Shown here: piece after piece, positions 16,701 to 26,895 of the stretch | How the letters are laid out: each line of letters begins with the position of its first letter | How positions within the stretch are numbered: the stretch's first letter is position 1 | Assembly: GCA_029060285.1 (NCBI GenBank) | Contig: JAIDUH010000005.1 | Span: forward strand, 1 to 63,935 | Length of the DNA stretch: 63,935 bases | Direction: 5' to 3' | DNA from: Muribaculaceae bacterium | Lineage (GTDB): Bacteria > Bacteroidota > Bacteroidia > Bacteroidales > Muribaculaceae | Position numbers and translations under genes: made by a program | The notes under the pieces: model-generated | What the model was told of the DNA's origin: nothing | The model's input: only the letters and a program-made list of their open reading frames with translations | Databases searched by the model: none

Positions 16701-17255
16701 GACTATAGGTGCGGAAAGAAAATTCCTGCCCTGATATACCATGATCCTACAAGTCCGGACTCTGACAAACTTCCTGACGAAGCAGACAAAGAAGCAGGAG
16801 AAGAAGCTGATTCAGAAGAAATGCGTCGATATGGAGAATTGATGCACAGCATAATGGAAAATATCCGTATTGCTTCCGACCTTCCGCATGCCTTGCTGAA
16901 AGCCAAGACCGCCGGACTCATCAGCCAGACAGAGATGGAACGCATGAATGTCCAACTTTCAAAAAGCCTGCAGAACGTCAGCCATTATGGATGGTTTGCC
17001 CCCGGTGGCCGCATCATCAACGAAAGAGGCATTTTAGTCGATGGAAAAGTGCAACGTCCTGACAGGATAGTGGTTAGGCCGGATGGGACTGCAGTAATCG
17101 TTGACTATAAATTTGGCGACCACCGTGACGATGAAGCTTACATCAGCCAAGTGGAACGCTACGTATCTGCACTGATCAAGACAGGGTTGACAAAAAAATG
17201 CGAGGCCTACGTTTGGTATGTAAGCCTCGGGGAAGTCGTACGTTGTACGTTATAG
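13749..17255 (+). CDS. UvrD/AddA-like ATP-dependent helicase with C-terminal PD-(D/E)XK nuclease
   Basis: ASAGSGKT, LAITFTNKA, IDEFQDTS, GDPKQSIYRFR, MTVHKSKGLEF, YVAYTRA, C-terminal RPDRIV...VDYKFG. TTG start. Confidence 0.9.
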   Translation: MNRSFLNYNDVLQLQRASAGSGKTYTLAKKFIEYYISYSTESGERRLRPIRSLRDSLQHILAITFTNKATNEMKLRIVEKLNALACWTSDIPCSKVDYLEDFTKQFKCSPQELASHCKYALKVLLTDYGDFKVSTIDSFFQTVLRTFAYEADLDDTYQLELDSNYVTQMGLDTTLDEIDTEEKTTQGTSWIESMMEAKAASGKGWNIFQKNQSKYSVYGEILNASRNLAKEDFKEIRESLDKYFKEHPDFYSTFTRLCEFYDQPVRDAFSKMREAARAVRDAFSNAGLDMNATAGFRLASRVKNMAESWNWDTPTDKNATFKIPQFTRKGTSTRVFDPDPKKNNPYLGTPVEDQIEALAIKMYEYFDAWRTEASSPKIRRWRIYRSTLPYVGLLQSVRTNSRLFLTDSNTVELGETNSILNRIIGDDDTPFVYERLGSRLEHFLIDEFQDTSTLQWRNMRPLIRESEAKGHDNLIIGDPKQSIYRFRNADPSLITSKVQEEFAATCRECGNTPKENTNWRSSLRIVKFNNLFFRFFSKELKEQMEKLYANTVQPASHTENKGFVKIQLFENETDDDNIPAHFDEIPELISDMLSRGYLMSEIAILVDTHQQGTQVIENIMRYNQRDDIQQKINFISADSLEAGESPAVVTVISILESINNGTQAKLYPKEERKEKGAGEWSKLRADFSFFAMQHPDAPLSELLTRFLNGEYNPDSIRDMLAKMSTTVLPALVENIIHNFIPPHARKSEAAFLAALQDMVLEFCEGHTSDIASFLQWWDKKGRTKSIASPEDADAVNIMTVHKSKGLEFRCVIVPYSKQTTKPTFNLQKEWLWVEPDLSDAEGIPQIPWIPVWSDSKLEGTKHENDYKKYLDNYKTDKVNMAYVAYTRAVDELYIYSPCKLKEDGATPNSHQIGSFLWRCGAEADDIIADIKESYPEASDFIPNPEEIFVDFENRSWSFGEKLTNEEIIKGRKKKEGSSVNTIISDYRCGKKIPALIYHDPTSPDSDKLPDEADKEAGEEADSEEMRRYGELMHSIMENIRIASDLPHALLKAKTAGLISQTEMERMNVQLSKSLQNVSHYGWFAPGGRIINERGILVDGKVQRPDRIVVRPDGTAVIVDYKFGDHRDDEAYISQVERYVSALIKTGLTKKCEAYVWYVSLGEVVRCTL

Positions 17256-17258
17256 TTT

Positions 17259-18575
17259 TTACGTTGTACGCCTCGAACAGCGCATGCCATAGGCAATAAT
17301 CACCACGAAGCAAATCAATGGCAATACAAACGACAGATTGACTGCCGGGAATCCACCTATGACTCCGCAATCTATTATTCTGGCTTGAAGCGGAGGTAGG
17401 ATCGAACCTCCGAGAATAGCCATAATCAGTCCTGCTGCTCCAAACTTGGCATCATCTCCCATGCCGTCAAGAGCTATACCATAAATGGTAGGGAACATCA
17501 GCGACATACATGCCGACACTCCGACAAGGCAATACAGTCCGAACCTGTCTTGGAATAAGATAACCCCTACTGTGAGAATCGCGGCTGCGAACGCAAGCCC
17601 TGCCAGTAGTTTTCCGGCATTTATATAGCGTAGAAGATAAGTGCAGACAAACCTGCTTCCGCAGAAGATAGCCATCGCAATGATGTTGAATTTCTGAGAG
17701 AGGACCTCTGCAGCTTTCTCTCCCATACCCTCCATCATAAATACCCGTGTGCCATACTGAATTATAAATGTCCAGCACATGATCTGCGCCCCTACATAGA
17801 AGAACTGTGCAATCACTCCTTCTCGATAGCGCGGCAAAGAGAATATTCGCTTCAAAGTGCCGAAGAAATTGATGGAATGCGATTGATCTCCATTTTTCGG
17901 CATCTTGGACACTGCAATCACCACAAACATCAGCACCACTACAATGCCTATAAATACATAGGGAGTTATGAGCGTCAGGAGGTCAGCATCTCGCACTGCC
18001 TCAAACTCCGCATCGCTAAGCTGGGCACGCTGTTCAGTCTCAAGAGGATTGAGACGGGCCTGGATAAAGTTCATGGCCACCCACATACCCAACAACGAAC
18101 CTACGGGATTGAACGACTGCGCCATATTCAGACGACGGGTTGCTGTCTCTTCCGGACCCATTGACAGAATATAAGGATTGCAGCTTGTCTCAAGGAATGA
18201 AAGTCCACAAGTGAGGATGAAATATGCAATCAAGAACGGATAGTAGCTTCCGGTCAGCATTGCCGGATAGAACAGGAATGCGCCGCAAGCATAAAGCCCA
18301 AGGCCAAGAAGGACACCGGCTTTGTAGGAAAAGCGACGTATGAAGATAGCCGCGGGAAAAGCCATGGCAAAGTATCCTCCGTAGAATGCAACCTGCACCA
18401 ATGTGCCGTCGGTCACGCTCATACGGAATATCTTGGAGAAAGCCTTCACCATAGGATTGGTGATATCATTGGCAAAACCCCACAGAGCGAAGCAACTCGT
18501 AATGAGAATAAACGGCACAAGATAGCTTATGCCATTCATGCTTAGGAGGGAATGTGTTTGATTATTATCTTTCAT
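17259..18575 (-). CDS. fucP: L-fucose:H+ symporter permease
   Basis: MFS with FALWGFAND, FLETSCNPY, RRLNMAQSFNP, SLMFPTIYG. Directly downstream of fucI. Confidence 0.93.
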   Translation of the reverse strand: MKDNNQTHSLLSMNGISYLVPFILITSCFALWGFANDITNPMVKAFSKIFRMSVTDGTLVQVAFYGGYFAMAFPAAIFIRRFSYKAGVLLGLGLYACGAFLFYPAMLTGSYYPFLIAYFILTCGLSFLETSCNPYILSMGPEETATRRLNMAQSFNPVGSLLGMWVAMNFIQARLNPLETEQRAQLSDAEFEAVRDADLLTLITPYVFIGIVVVLMFVVIAVSKMPKNGDQSHSINFFGTLKRIFSLPRYREGVIAQFFYVGAQIMCWTFIIQYGTRVFMMEGMGEKAAEVLSQKFNIIAMAIFCGSRFVCTYLLRYINAGKLLAGLAFAAAILTVGVILFQDRFGLYCLVGVSACMSLMFPTIYGIALDGMGDDAKFGAAGLIMAILGGSILPPLQARIIDCGVIGGFPAVNLSFVLPLICFVVIIAYGMRCSRRTT

Positions 18576-18615
18576 GATATTGACTTAAAGTTGATTAAGA
18601 AGTTGTTTAGACTTC

Positions 18616-18693
18616 TAAGATTAAAGATTAAAGATTAAAGATTAAAAAGTTCAGGCTTGAAAAATTTAATCTTTAATCTTTATTCTTTATTTA
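18616..18693. repeat. Inverted pair of TAAAGAT/ATCTTTA heptamer arrays between fucI and fucP
   Basis: (TAAAGAT)x3-4 at 18616-18649, a short spacer, then (ATCTTTA)x3 at 18662-18693 overlapping the fucI stop. Confidence 0.85.
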
Positions 18694-20465
18694 TAGAGAG
18701 GTCCATAAGCTGCGCATGCACGGTAGTCTGCGCCTTCTTTGTTCATGCCGAAAGCATTCCATGAAGCGGGACGGAATATCTTTTCTTCCTCTACATTGTG
18801 CATGCAGACCGGAATGCGGAGTATGGATGCAAGCGTGATCAGATCCTGTCCGATATGTCCATAGGAAATTGCCCCATGGTTTGCACCCCAATTGTTCATG
18901 ACTGAATATACATCCTTGAAAGCATCCCTGTCAGGACATAGACGAGGCACAAACCAAGTAGTAGGCCAAGTCGGGTCGGTACGCATATCAAGGACCTTAT
19001 TGATTTCAGGATCTACATCCGCTGTCCAGCCCTCTGCAATCTGAAGCACCGGACCAAGGCCCTTCACAAGATTCAGACGCATCATAGTGACGGGCATTCC
19101 ACCCTTGGTAAGGAAGTTGGACGAAAAACCACCTCCACGGAAATAGTCACGGTCTGCGGGATACCACGTAGTGGCGTCCAAGCATTTTTCCACGTCCGAT
19201 TCTGTCATTTCCCAATGCGGCTTCATCACGGGGACTCCATTTTCGTTTACCGACTGCCCCGTCCCGTCAAGAGTGGTTGCTCCCGAATTTATAAGATGGA
19301 TCATGCCGCCTGCTGCGCGGCCGGTCAATTCCTTGCCCGTCACGCGATATACGGCTTCCGGACTCCAATAGGTTCGAACATCGCTGAAGAACTGTGCGCG
19401 GTTGGTGAGCAGATGTCCGAAGAGCATTGCCACACCGTTGCAAGCATCGTTTTCCGTAGCAAGCACAAAAGCTTCCCGGATACCGTTCCAGTCAAAGGAT
19501 GTATTGAGAAGCGCTTCTGTGAAGTCTCCATTTGGATAGAAATCTGTCCACTGGCGTTGGCCTTGGAATCCTCCGGCTATAGCATTGTGTCCGAGAGCCT
19601 CTTCCTTAAAGCCCATCTCTTTGAGTTTCGGATTTCCCTTGAGCAAATCGCGTACTATAAGGGTCATCTTCACGACAAACTCCCAGTCTGCGTCCTTCTG
19701 CTCGCGGGTCTTTTTCTTCTCGGGACGATTCTTGAAATCATCCCCCTCGCGGGATTTGCAGAATTTTTCAGTCCACGACATGGCCTTTTCATACTCATCT
19801 TTATCGTAGATACCTTCGCTCATGCGGCGTATGATCTCCGTAGCATCGACTGATTCTGTACGCATACCGAGATACTCTTGAAAGAAATCCGGATTAACGA
19901 TAGATCCTGCGATTCCCATCGAAACAGAACCAATCGACAGATATGATTTGCCGCGCATCAGAGCTACGGCAAGAGCTGCCCTTGCAAATCTCAGAAGTTT
20001 TTCCTGAACGTCTGCCGGAATGGAATTATCGTCAAGATCCTGCACATTGTGGCCATAGATACCAAATGCCGGAAGACCCTTCTGAGCGTGTGCCGCAAGG
20101 ACTGCAGCAAGATACACGGCTCCGGGACGCTCAGTGCCATTGAAACCCCATACAGCCTTCGGCCAATGCGGATGCATGTCCATAGTCTCGGATCCATAAC
20201 ACCAGCAAGATGTCACTGTGATGGTTGCGCCGACACCTTCGCGCTCGAATTTTTCAGCACATGCCGCCGTCTCCGGGAATCGCCCGATCGTACCGTCAGC
20301 GATTACGCATTCCACAGGCGTTCCGTCAGGATATTTGAGATTAGTTGAAATAAGGTCTGCCACGGCCTTAGCGAGATTCATGGTCTTGTCTTCAAGACTT
20401 TCGCGCACACCACCCTGACGAGCGTCGATAGTGGGACGGATTCCGATTTTTGGGTATTTTGACAT
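18687..20465 (-). CDS. fucI: L-fucose isomerase
   Basis: [57 protein letters not shown]. Confidence 0.97.
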   Translation of the reverse strand: MSKYPKIGIRPTIDARQGGVRESLEDKTMNLAKAVADLISTNLKYPDGTPVECVIADGTIGRFPETAACAEKFEREGVGATITVTSCWCYGSETMDMHPHWPKAVWGFNGTERPGAVYLAAVLAAHAQKGLPAFGIYGHNVQDLDDNSIPADVQEKLLRFARAALAVALMRGKSYLSIGSVSMGIAGSIVNPDFFQEYLGMRTESVDATEIIRRMSEGIYDKDEYEKAMSWTEKFCKSREGDDFKNRPEKKKTREQKDADWEFVVKMTLIVRDLLKGNPKLKEMGFKEEALGHNAIAGGFQGQRQWTDFYPNGDFTEALLNTSFDWNGIREAFVLATENDACNGVAMLFGHLLTNRAQFFSDVRTYWSPEAVYRVTGKELTGRAAGGMIHLINSGATTLDGTGQSVNENGVPVMKPHWEMTESDVEKCLDATTWYPADRDYFRGGGFSSNFLTKGGMPVTMMRLNLVKGLGPVLQIAEGWTADVDPEINKVLDMRTDPTWPTTWFVPRLCPDRDAFKDVYSVMNNWGANHGAISYGHIGQDLITLASILRIPVCMHNVEEEKIFRPASWNAFGMNKEGADYRACAAYGPLYK

Positions 20466-20554
20466 TGCGTTGTTTTGTTGTAAGGTGATCGTTAATGAAG
20501 TATATGGAAAAATGCCTGCAGCTTTTAGACACTGCAGGCCCTTATGAGAATTCG

Positions 20555-21280
20555 TCAGTCACGGTTGCCACCGAAAATGCGAAGGATGAAGAGGAAGAGG
20601 TTGATGAAGTCAAGATAGAGATTCATCGCGCCCATGGTAGCGAGTTTGTCGGCAAGGGCAGGATCAAGGTTTGCTGCTGCCAATTGCTTCACCTGCTGGG
20701 TGTCCCATGCAGTAAGTCCGGTGAATATAAGCACACCAACGATTGAGATGACATAGCTCATGGTGCCGCTTTTCAAGAATATATTCACAAGCATTGCTAT
20801 GATGAGTCCGAAGAGAGCCATCATCAGGAATGATCCCATCTTAGTGAGATCTGTCTTGGTGAAATATCCGTATACCGACATTGCGCCGAATGTCCCGGCT
20901 GTAATAAAGAATGTAGCTACAATAGCCGACATCTTGTAAGCAAGGAAGATGCTGCTCAAGAATGTTCCCATAAGAGCCGAATAGACAAGGAAAAGCGCAA
21001 GCACTGTTCCGCTCGACATCTTCAACATACGCACCGGAATCAAGATTGCCATAGCAAACATGGCAATTATCAGGCCCCAGAATACGATCTGATTTCCAAA
21101 TATGATACTGAGCATTGCCGGGCTCGAGGCCACGCCAAGTGCACAGAATGCCGACACGAGGAGTCCGATAAACATACGGACATACACGCGCTTCATGACA
21201 GCGTTAGTCTGACGCGCAACTGCTGCTCCGCCATAGTAAGGAGGGGGAGTCTGCTGAGGATTATTATAATCTGGATACAT
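20555..21280 (-). CDS. Bax inhibitor-1/YccA family membrane protein
   Basis: About 7 TM, TAWDTQ and [17 protein letters not shown] motifs. Confidence 0.92.
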   Translation of the reverse strand: MYPDYNNPQQTPPPYYGGAAVARQTNAVMKRVYVRMFIGLLVSAFCALGVASSPAMLSIIFGNQIVFWGLIIAMFAMAILIPVRMLKMSSGTVLALFLVYSALMGTFLSSIFLAYKMSAIVATFFITAGTFGAMSVYGYFTKTDLTKMGSFLMMALFGLIIAMLVNIFLKSGTMSYVISIVGVLIFTGLTAWDTQQVKQLAAANLDPALADKLATMGAMNLYLDFINLFLFILRIFGGNRD

Positions 21281-21397
21281 ATATATATTTTTTTGTTTTT
21301 AAATCAGATTGATCATGAGCCCTGAGGGCTCTAAGGGCTTTAGGCCCCGTCTCATTATAATAGACAATGAAACGTATGCTTCGGTTTAATCCCGCGC

Positions 21398-23179
21398 CTA
21401 CATACGCTCCGGCATCTCCATGCCAAGAAGCGCCACGCCCGTCTTCAGAGTGCGCGCCACTACATAACTCAAAAGCAGACGGAGCTGGCGCACTGCAGGA
21501 TTTTCTTCCTTCAGGATGCTGTAGTCGTGGTAGAAGCGGTTATATTCCTTTGCAAGCTCGAAGCAATAGTTGGCTATGAGTGAAGGACTGTAGGTGCGAC
21601 CTGCCTCCTTTACAACTTCCGGGAAATCCGCGACTTTCTGAATCAAGTCAGACTCCGCCTCATTCGGAATGGCAACCGGCATATAGAGAGGATCGAAATC
21701 ATCACCTGCACGGCGGAGCACCGACTGCACACGCGCATAAGTGTACTGAAGGAATGGACCGGTGTTTCCATTGAAGTCGATGGATTCTTTCGGATTGAAG
21801 AGCATGTTCTTGCGAGGATCCACCTTAAGCAAGAAATATTTCAATGCACCCATACCCACAATCCGCGCTACTTCAGCCCTTTCTTCTTCCGGCATATCAG
21901 CAAAGCGTTCAGCACCGGTCTCGGCTGCATCTGCTATCATTTTGTCGATGAGATCATCCGCATCCACTACCGTACCTTCGCGGCTCTTCATCTTTCCTTC
22001 GGGAAGCTCAACCATGCCGTAAGAAAAATGAGTCAGGTCCTTACCCCATTTGAAACCGAGTTTGTCAAGGAGAAGCGACAGCACCTGGAAGTGATAGTTC
22101 TGCTCGTTGCCTACCACATAAATCATCTTGTCGATGGGGAAATCCTGATAACGCAGCTTGGCTGTGCCTATATCCTGCGTCATGTAGACAGACGTCCCGT
22201 CAGCACGAAGGAGCAGCTTATGGTCGAGTCCGTCCGGAGTCAGGTCAGCCCAAACGGAACCATCTTCCTTTCGATACATGATGCCCTCATCAAGACCCTT
22301 CAACACGAGATCCTTACCTTGCAGATAAGTGTCGCTTTCGTAGTAGATCTTGTCGAAGCCAACACCCAGACGCTTATAGGTCTCGTCAAAACCGGCGTAT
22401 ACCCATTCGTTCATCATCTTCCATAGGTCGCGCACTTCTTTGTCGCCGGCTTCCCACTTGCGGAGCATCTCGCGGGCCTCAAGCATAAGGGGGGATTTTG
22501 CCTTAGCCTCGTCTTCTGAAATATTCTCTTTCTCCATCAGCTCCTTCACCTCTTCCTTGAAGTGCTTGTCGAAGAGCACATAGAAGTCGCCGATAAGATG
22601 GTCGCCTTTCTTGCCTGTGGACTCAGGGGTAGCCCCGTCGCCCCATTTTTTCCAGGCAAGCATTGACTTGCAGATGTGGATTCCGCGGTCGTTGACAATG
22701 TTGGTCTTTACTACTTTATGACCATTTGCCTCAAGGATTTTAGCCAGTGAATAGCCAAGGAGATTGTTACGCACGTGGCCAAGATGCAGGGGCTTATTGG
22801 TATTAGGGCTTGAGTATTCCACCATTACAAGGTCAGAGTTCTCGTCGGCATGACGGATACCGAATTCCTGATCTTCGGCAATGGCATGGAGGGTTGTCAG
22901 CCAGAATGTAGGGTTGACTGAAATATTGAGGAAGCCTTTCACGACATTGAATTTCTCAACTGCCGGAACATTCCCGACAAGCCACTCCCCTATCTCAGTG
23001 GCTGTAGCTTCGGGCGACTTGCGGGAAGCCTTCAAGAAGGGGAAAGCCATTATGGTAAGATTTCCTTCAAATTCCTTTTTTGTCTGCTGGGGCTGAATCT
23101 TATCAGCCGGGAAATCAAGGCCGTAAAGCGCTTTTACGGCACTGCTCACGCCTTGGGTGATTATAGATTCTATCTTCAT
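21398..23179 (-). CDS. argS: Arginine--tRNA ligase
   Basis: VEYSSPNTNKPLHLGHVRN, KMKSREG, GNTGPFLQYTYAR, C-terminal MPERM. Confidence 0.98.
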   Translation of the reverse strand: MKIESIITQGVSSAVKALYGLDFPADKIQPQQTKKEFEGNLTIMAFPFLKASRKSPEATATEIGEWLVGNVPAVEKFNVVKGFLNISVNPTFWLTTLHAIAEDQEFGIRHADENSDLVMVEYSSPNTNKPLHLGHVRNNLLGYSLAKILEANGHKVVKTNIVNDRGIHICKSMLAWKKWGDGATPESTGKKGDHLIGDFYVLFDKHFKEEVKELMEKENISEDEAKAKSPLMLEAREMLRKWEAGDKEVRDLWKMMNEWVYAGFDETYKRLGVGFDKIYYESDTYLQGKDLVLKGLDEGIMYRKEDGSVWADLTPDGLDHKLLLRADGTSVYMTQDIGTAKLRYQDFPIDKMIYVVGNEQNYHFQVLSLLLDKLGFKWGKDLTHFSYGMVELPEGKMKSREGTVVDADDLIDKMIADAAETGAERFADMPEEERAEVARIVGMGALKYFLLKVDPRKNMLFNPKESIDFNGNTGPFLQYTYARVQSVLRRAGDDFDPLYMPVAIPNEAESDLIQKVADFPEVVKEAGRTYSPSLIANYCFELAKEYNRFYHDYSILKEENPAVRQLRLLLSYVVARTLKTGVALLGMEMPERM

Positions 23180-23235
23180 TTTTTATTTTGTCAAATTCGT
23201 ATGCAAATTTAACAATAAATACTGACATTAGCAAA

Positions 23236-23272
23236 TAAATCGGCTTCCCGCTGAATATGGGAAGCCGATTTA
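23236..23272 (-). terminator. Hairpin terminator downstream of the HU gene
   Basis: TAAATCGGCTTCCC-loop-GGGAAGCCGATTTA. Confidence 0.8.
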
Positions 23273-23301
23273 CTGTCAGGTTTTATCCGTTGGGATATTT
23301 C

Positions 23302-23565
23302 TTACTTGTTAAGGCCATCGGCAGGTTTGAATTTCACTACCTTGCGGGCCTCAATCTGGATTTTCTCCTTAGTACGTGGGTTGATGCCTTCGCGTGCGGG
23401 TTTTTCTACCTTGGCAAAAGTGCCAAAACCTATGAGCTGCACTTTGTCGTCATTAGCGAGGGCCTGTTCGATCGATTCGAATACAGCGTCTACAGCCTTT
23501 TTTGCGTCTACCTTGGAAAGACCGGCCTTGGCTGCGACTTCATTTACGAGATCTGTCTTGTTCAT
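23302..23565 (-). CDS. hup: HU family DNA-binding protein
   Basis: MNKTDLV...VQLIGFGTF...AREGINPRTKEKIQI...KFKP. Confidence 0.96.
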   Translation of the reverse strand: MNKTDLVNEVAAKAGLSKVDAKKAVDAVFESIEQALANDDKVQLIGFGTFAKVEKPAREGINPRTKEKIQIEARKVVKFKPADGLNK

Positions 23566-23802
23566 AATTCAAATTTTTGGTTGTATATATACTTAGTTTT
23601 CTACTCTTTTTATTTAACTAACTGATTTTTTCAATAAAAGTTGACTTTCGGACGCAAATATAGTGTTAAAAATACTAATATCAAACTTTTTAGAGAGTTT
23701 TTTACAAAAAAAAGCTAAAAACACACGATTTTTCCCCCATTTAGGATGAAATGCAGACTAAATTTGTTAATTTTGCACTTCAAAAACCATAAAAACGTCG
23801 AT

Positions 23803-24567
23803 ATGTACAACGGATCCTCATCCGGTGGCTGGTGGAACTCCATCCCTCCGGTAACCAAAAACTTGATACTGATAAATTTGATCATTTGGCTGGCGGAAAT
23901 ATTGGTGCCCGGCTTTTCAAATACACTGGTCGATCTTCTCGGGCTGCATATGTTTGGAAGCTCGCACTTTAATCCTGCCCAGATTTTTACATACATGTTC
24001 ATGCACGATCCTCACAGCCCGGCACACATACTCTTCAACATGTTCTCCCTATGGATGTTTGGCAGAATACTCGAGCATGTCTGGGGCGCAAAGCGTTTCC
24101 TTATGTTCTATCTGGTCTGTGGCATCGGGGCGGCCCTTGTGCAGGAGGGTGTGTGGGAACTGACATGGAAATCTGAATATGTCGACGGCATAGCCAAATT
24201 AAACGGCCTGACCTCCGGGCATATGAAGGCGATTGTAGATGCCGCCGTGGCAAGTGGAGATGCCAAATGGATTGAAGCTATCGCTGATTTCAAATCCATG
24301 ATGGTCACAATCGGAGCCTCCGGGGCAATTTACGGCATACTTCTCGGCTTTGCATTTACATTCCCCGACATGCCTCTTTATCTTTTCTTCATTCCGGTGC
24401 CTATCAAAGCAAAATATATGGTGATAGGTTATGGCGTGATAGAATTCTTCCTCGGCGTGAGCGGAAGCATGAGCACTGTAGCTCATTTCGCCCATCTTGG
24501 AGGTATGCTCTTTGGCATATTCATTCTTCTCTATTGGAAGAAGAAAGGAATGCTTCACCGATATTAA
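23803..24567 (+). CDS. Rhomboid intramembrane serine protease
   Basis: HILFNM, catalytic GASG and AHFAHLGG. Confidence 0.92.
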   Translation: MYNGSSSGGWWNSIPPVTKNLILINLIIWLAEILVPGFSNTLVDLLGLHMFGSSHFNPAQIFTYMFMHDPHSPAHILFNMFSLWMFGRILEHVWGAKRFLMFYLVCGIGAALVQEGVWELTWKSEYVDGIAKLNGLTSGHMKAIVDAAVASGDAKWIEAIADFKSMMVTIGASGAIYGILLGFAFTFPDMPLYLFFIPVPIKAKYMVIGYGVIEFFLGVSGSMSTVAHFAHLGGMLFGIFILLYWKKKGMLHRY

Positions 24568-24592
24568 TTGAGAATTTTCATTTCAGGAAGAT

Positions 24593-25420
24593 ATGTTTCA
24601 TAGGTGGAAAGTCTATTGTGGTGGGAGTGATTCTCTGGCTTGGCTTACACTTGGCGAAGTGGGAGCATGGATCATCGTCATGGTTCTGACGCTTTTGGGA
24701 AAGATCATGCACTTTCATGTGCCCTTGGCTGAATGGCTGACACTCCCTTCCTATTTCCCTCTTTTCCTTACACGGCCGTGGACACTGCTCACGTATATGT
24801 GTATTCACTTTGATGTGCTGCATATGCTCTTTAATGTGCTGTGGTTATATTGGTTCGGAAGGATATTGCTCATCACCCTTAGCGACCGCCATCTCTTGCT
24901 CTCATTCATAGGGGGAGGGATAGCAGGAGGAGTATTGTTCTTGGCGGCGGCCTCTTTGGGATATGGCGGCGGTTGGCTTTGTGGATGTAGCGCAGCGGTG
25001 ATAGCAGTGATGTGTGTAGCAGCAATCCGACTTCCTGACCATGCCATAAATCTTTTCCTCATAGGAGAAGTAAAACTGAAATGGGTGGCTGTGGTATGCT
25101 GCCTGCTTACTTTCCTCGGAGGAGGAGGCAATCAGGCGGCGCATATCGGGGGCCTGATATGGGGCATTACAATCGGTCTTATGCTTCGCAATGGCACCGA
25201 TCCTTCAAAGTGGATCCCAAGCCTGAGACGACAACAATATGAAGGAAATGGAAAGAAAAACAGGAGACCAGAGATGATGGTGCGCGTGCTGAGACAACGT
25301 CAAACAGACATGGACCGTCTGGACTCCCTTCTCGACAAAATAAAACTCTCGGGCTATGAAAGCCTGACCAGGAAAGAACGCAAGGAGCTGAACGAACTAT
25401 CCGCAAGGCTAAAGAAATAG
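24593..25420 (+). CDS. Rhomboid family protease with C-terminal DUF6576-like tail
   Basis: PWTLLTY, HMLFNV, GCS, AAHIGG. C-terminal LDSLLDKIKLSGYESLT. Confidence 0.85.
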   Translation: MFHRWKVYCGGSDSLAWLTLGEVGAWIIVMVLTLLGKIMHFHVPLAEWLTLPSYFPLFLTRPWTLLTYMCIHFDVLHMLFNVLWLYWFGRILLITLSDRHLLLSFIGGGIAGGVLFLAAASLGYGGGWLCGCSAAVIAVMCVAAIRLPDHAINLFLIGEVKLKWVAVVCCLLTFLGGGGNQAAHIGGLIWGITIGLMLRNGTDPSKWIPSLRRQQYEGNGKKNRRPEMMVRVLRQRQTDMDRLDSLLDKIKLSGYESLTRKERKELNELSARLKK

Positions 25421-25491
25421 ATGCCCCGGATTCTGATTTTCAGCGTTTAGCATTAACCTTTTATTTTTTTAATCTTTAATCCTTATAGAAA

Positions 25492-26619
25492 GTGATAATA
25501 ATCTCGCCACTGATACGCCTTTGCTTCAAGATACTGTCAATAGTACTCTTTATCGTGACCATAGCAGCTTCGTTTGGAGGCAAGTGCAACCCCGAGTATA
25601 TGACAGTTCCTTCCGTGCTCGTGCTTGCCCTCCCCTATCTGGCAATAGCCACGCTGATTGTCGGAATTGCCTGGCTGCTTTCAGGTCGCATCATAATGGC
25701 TGCCATAGCCGGACTGACATTATTTATAGGTTGGGGCACTTTAAAAGACGTCACTCCGATTGCATTTTCCAAGTCCCCGCAGGATGAGGCACGCACATTC
25801 AGGCTAATGACATTCAATTGCCTGCACCTTGCCGACACCACTAAGTCGGAAGCCCCCGGAAATCGTGCGATAAATTTTCTGATAGAGTCGGGTGCTGACA
25901 TCATATGCCTTCAGGAACTTGTAAATCTTGAAGATCCTGCAGAGATCCATCATTGGAGCCGCGGGCTCATTGATTCCCTATACGCCACTTATCCATATCG
26001 TGCAAAAGCTTCCGATTCATGGCATTCGAAAGACTTGAAGATATTGTCGAAATACCCGGTGACTGCACTGACTCCCAAATGCACGGACCCGGAGGAGGAT
26101 GCAAAATGGAGGAAGTTTCGCAGGTGGGCTCTTTTTGAGGTGGACATCAATGGGTATAAGCTCCCTATTGTCAACTTCCATATGACTTCTTACAACCTTA
26201 CTGACACGGAGCGGGAAGTGGTGACGGAAATCAGGGGGGTCAACACCGCAAAGAAAAGCTATGAGGAATTCCGCTATGAAATTTTCCCGAAACTCGGTGA
26301 GGCTTTCCGTGCACGTGCGCAGAATGTAAAAGAGATGATCAAGACCACATCTGATCTCAATACACTCATCGCATGCGGAGACTTCAACGACGTGCCGGGC
26401 AGCTGGTCATACAGGCTGATGAGGGACGCCGGATTCCAGGATGCCTATCCGGAAACAAGTTTAGGACCTACCAATACATTCAATCAATTTCTCTTACTTT
26501 TCCATATCGACCAGATCTTCTATCGCGGGTCGCGCCTGAAGGCGCTCAAGACAAAGCGCCACCGCATCAATACATCCGACCACTACCCTGTAGAAGTCAC
26601 TTTCGAGATCCTTCCATGA
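25492..26619 (+). CDS. Endonuclease/exonuclease/phosphatase family protein with N-terminal TM helices
   Basis: LMTFN, DIICLQE, CGDFND, IDQIF, SDHYPV. Confidence 0.9.
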   Translation: MIIISPLIRLCFKILSIVLFIVTIAASFGGKCNPEYMTVPSVLVLALPYLAIATLIVGIAWLLSGRIIMAAIAGLTLFIGWGTLKDVTPIAFSKSPQDEARTFRLMTFNCLHLADTTKSEAPGNRAINFLIESGADIICLQELVNLEDPAEIHHWSRGLIDSLYATYPYRAKASDSWHSKDLKILSKYPVTALTPKCTDPEEDAKWRKFRRWALFEVDINGYKLPIVNFHMTSYNLTDTEREVVTEIRGVNTAKKSYEEFRYEIFPKLGEAFRARAQNVKEMIKTTSDLNTLIACGDFNDVPGSWSYRLMRDAGFQDAYPETSLGPTNTFNQFLLLFHIDQIFYRGSRLKALKTKRHRINTSDHYPVEVTFEILP

Positions 26620-26647
26620 CCTGCTTCCATTCCAAAGGCTGCATACG

Positions 26648-26679
26648 GGACGCACTTGTGCGTCCTTTTTTATTTTTTT
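26648..26679 (+). terminator. Intrinsic terminator
   Basis: GGACGCAC-tt-GTGCGTCC followed by a T-run. Confidence 0.75.
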
Positions 26680-26895
26680 GCCAATATATTATAATTTACT
26701 GATATTACGCAACTTACATTAATACCTATGTTACAAATTTGTTAAATCTAAAGATTTTCCCAATTTAGAGTGTGCCATTTTTTCTGCTGACGCGTTTTAA
26801 AGGTACAATTTCACTGAAACGGAACACTCCTTCATTGAAGCTGTAAACCGAAAAACAAAACTATCTTAATTTATCAACTTAAAAAACGCACAACT

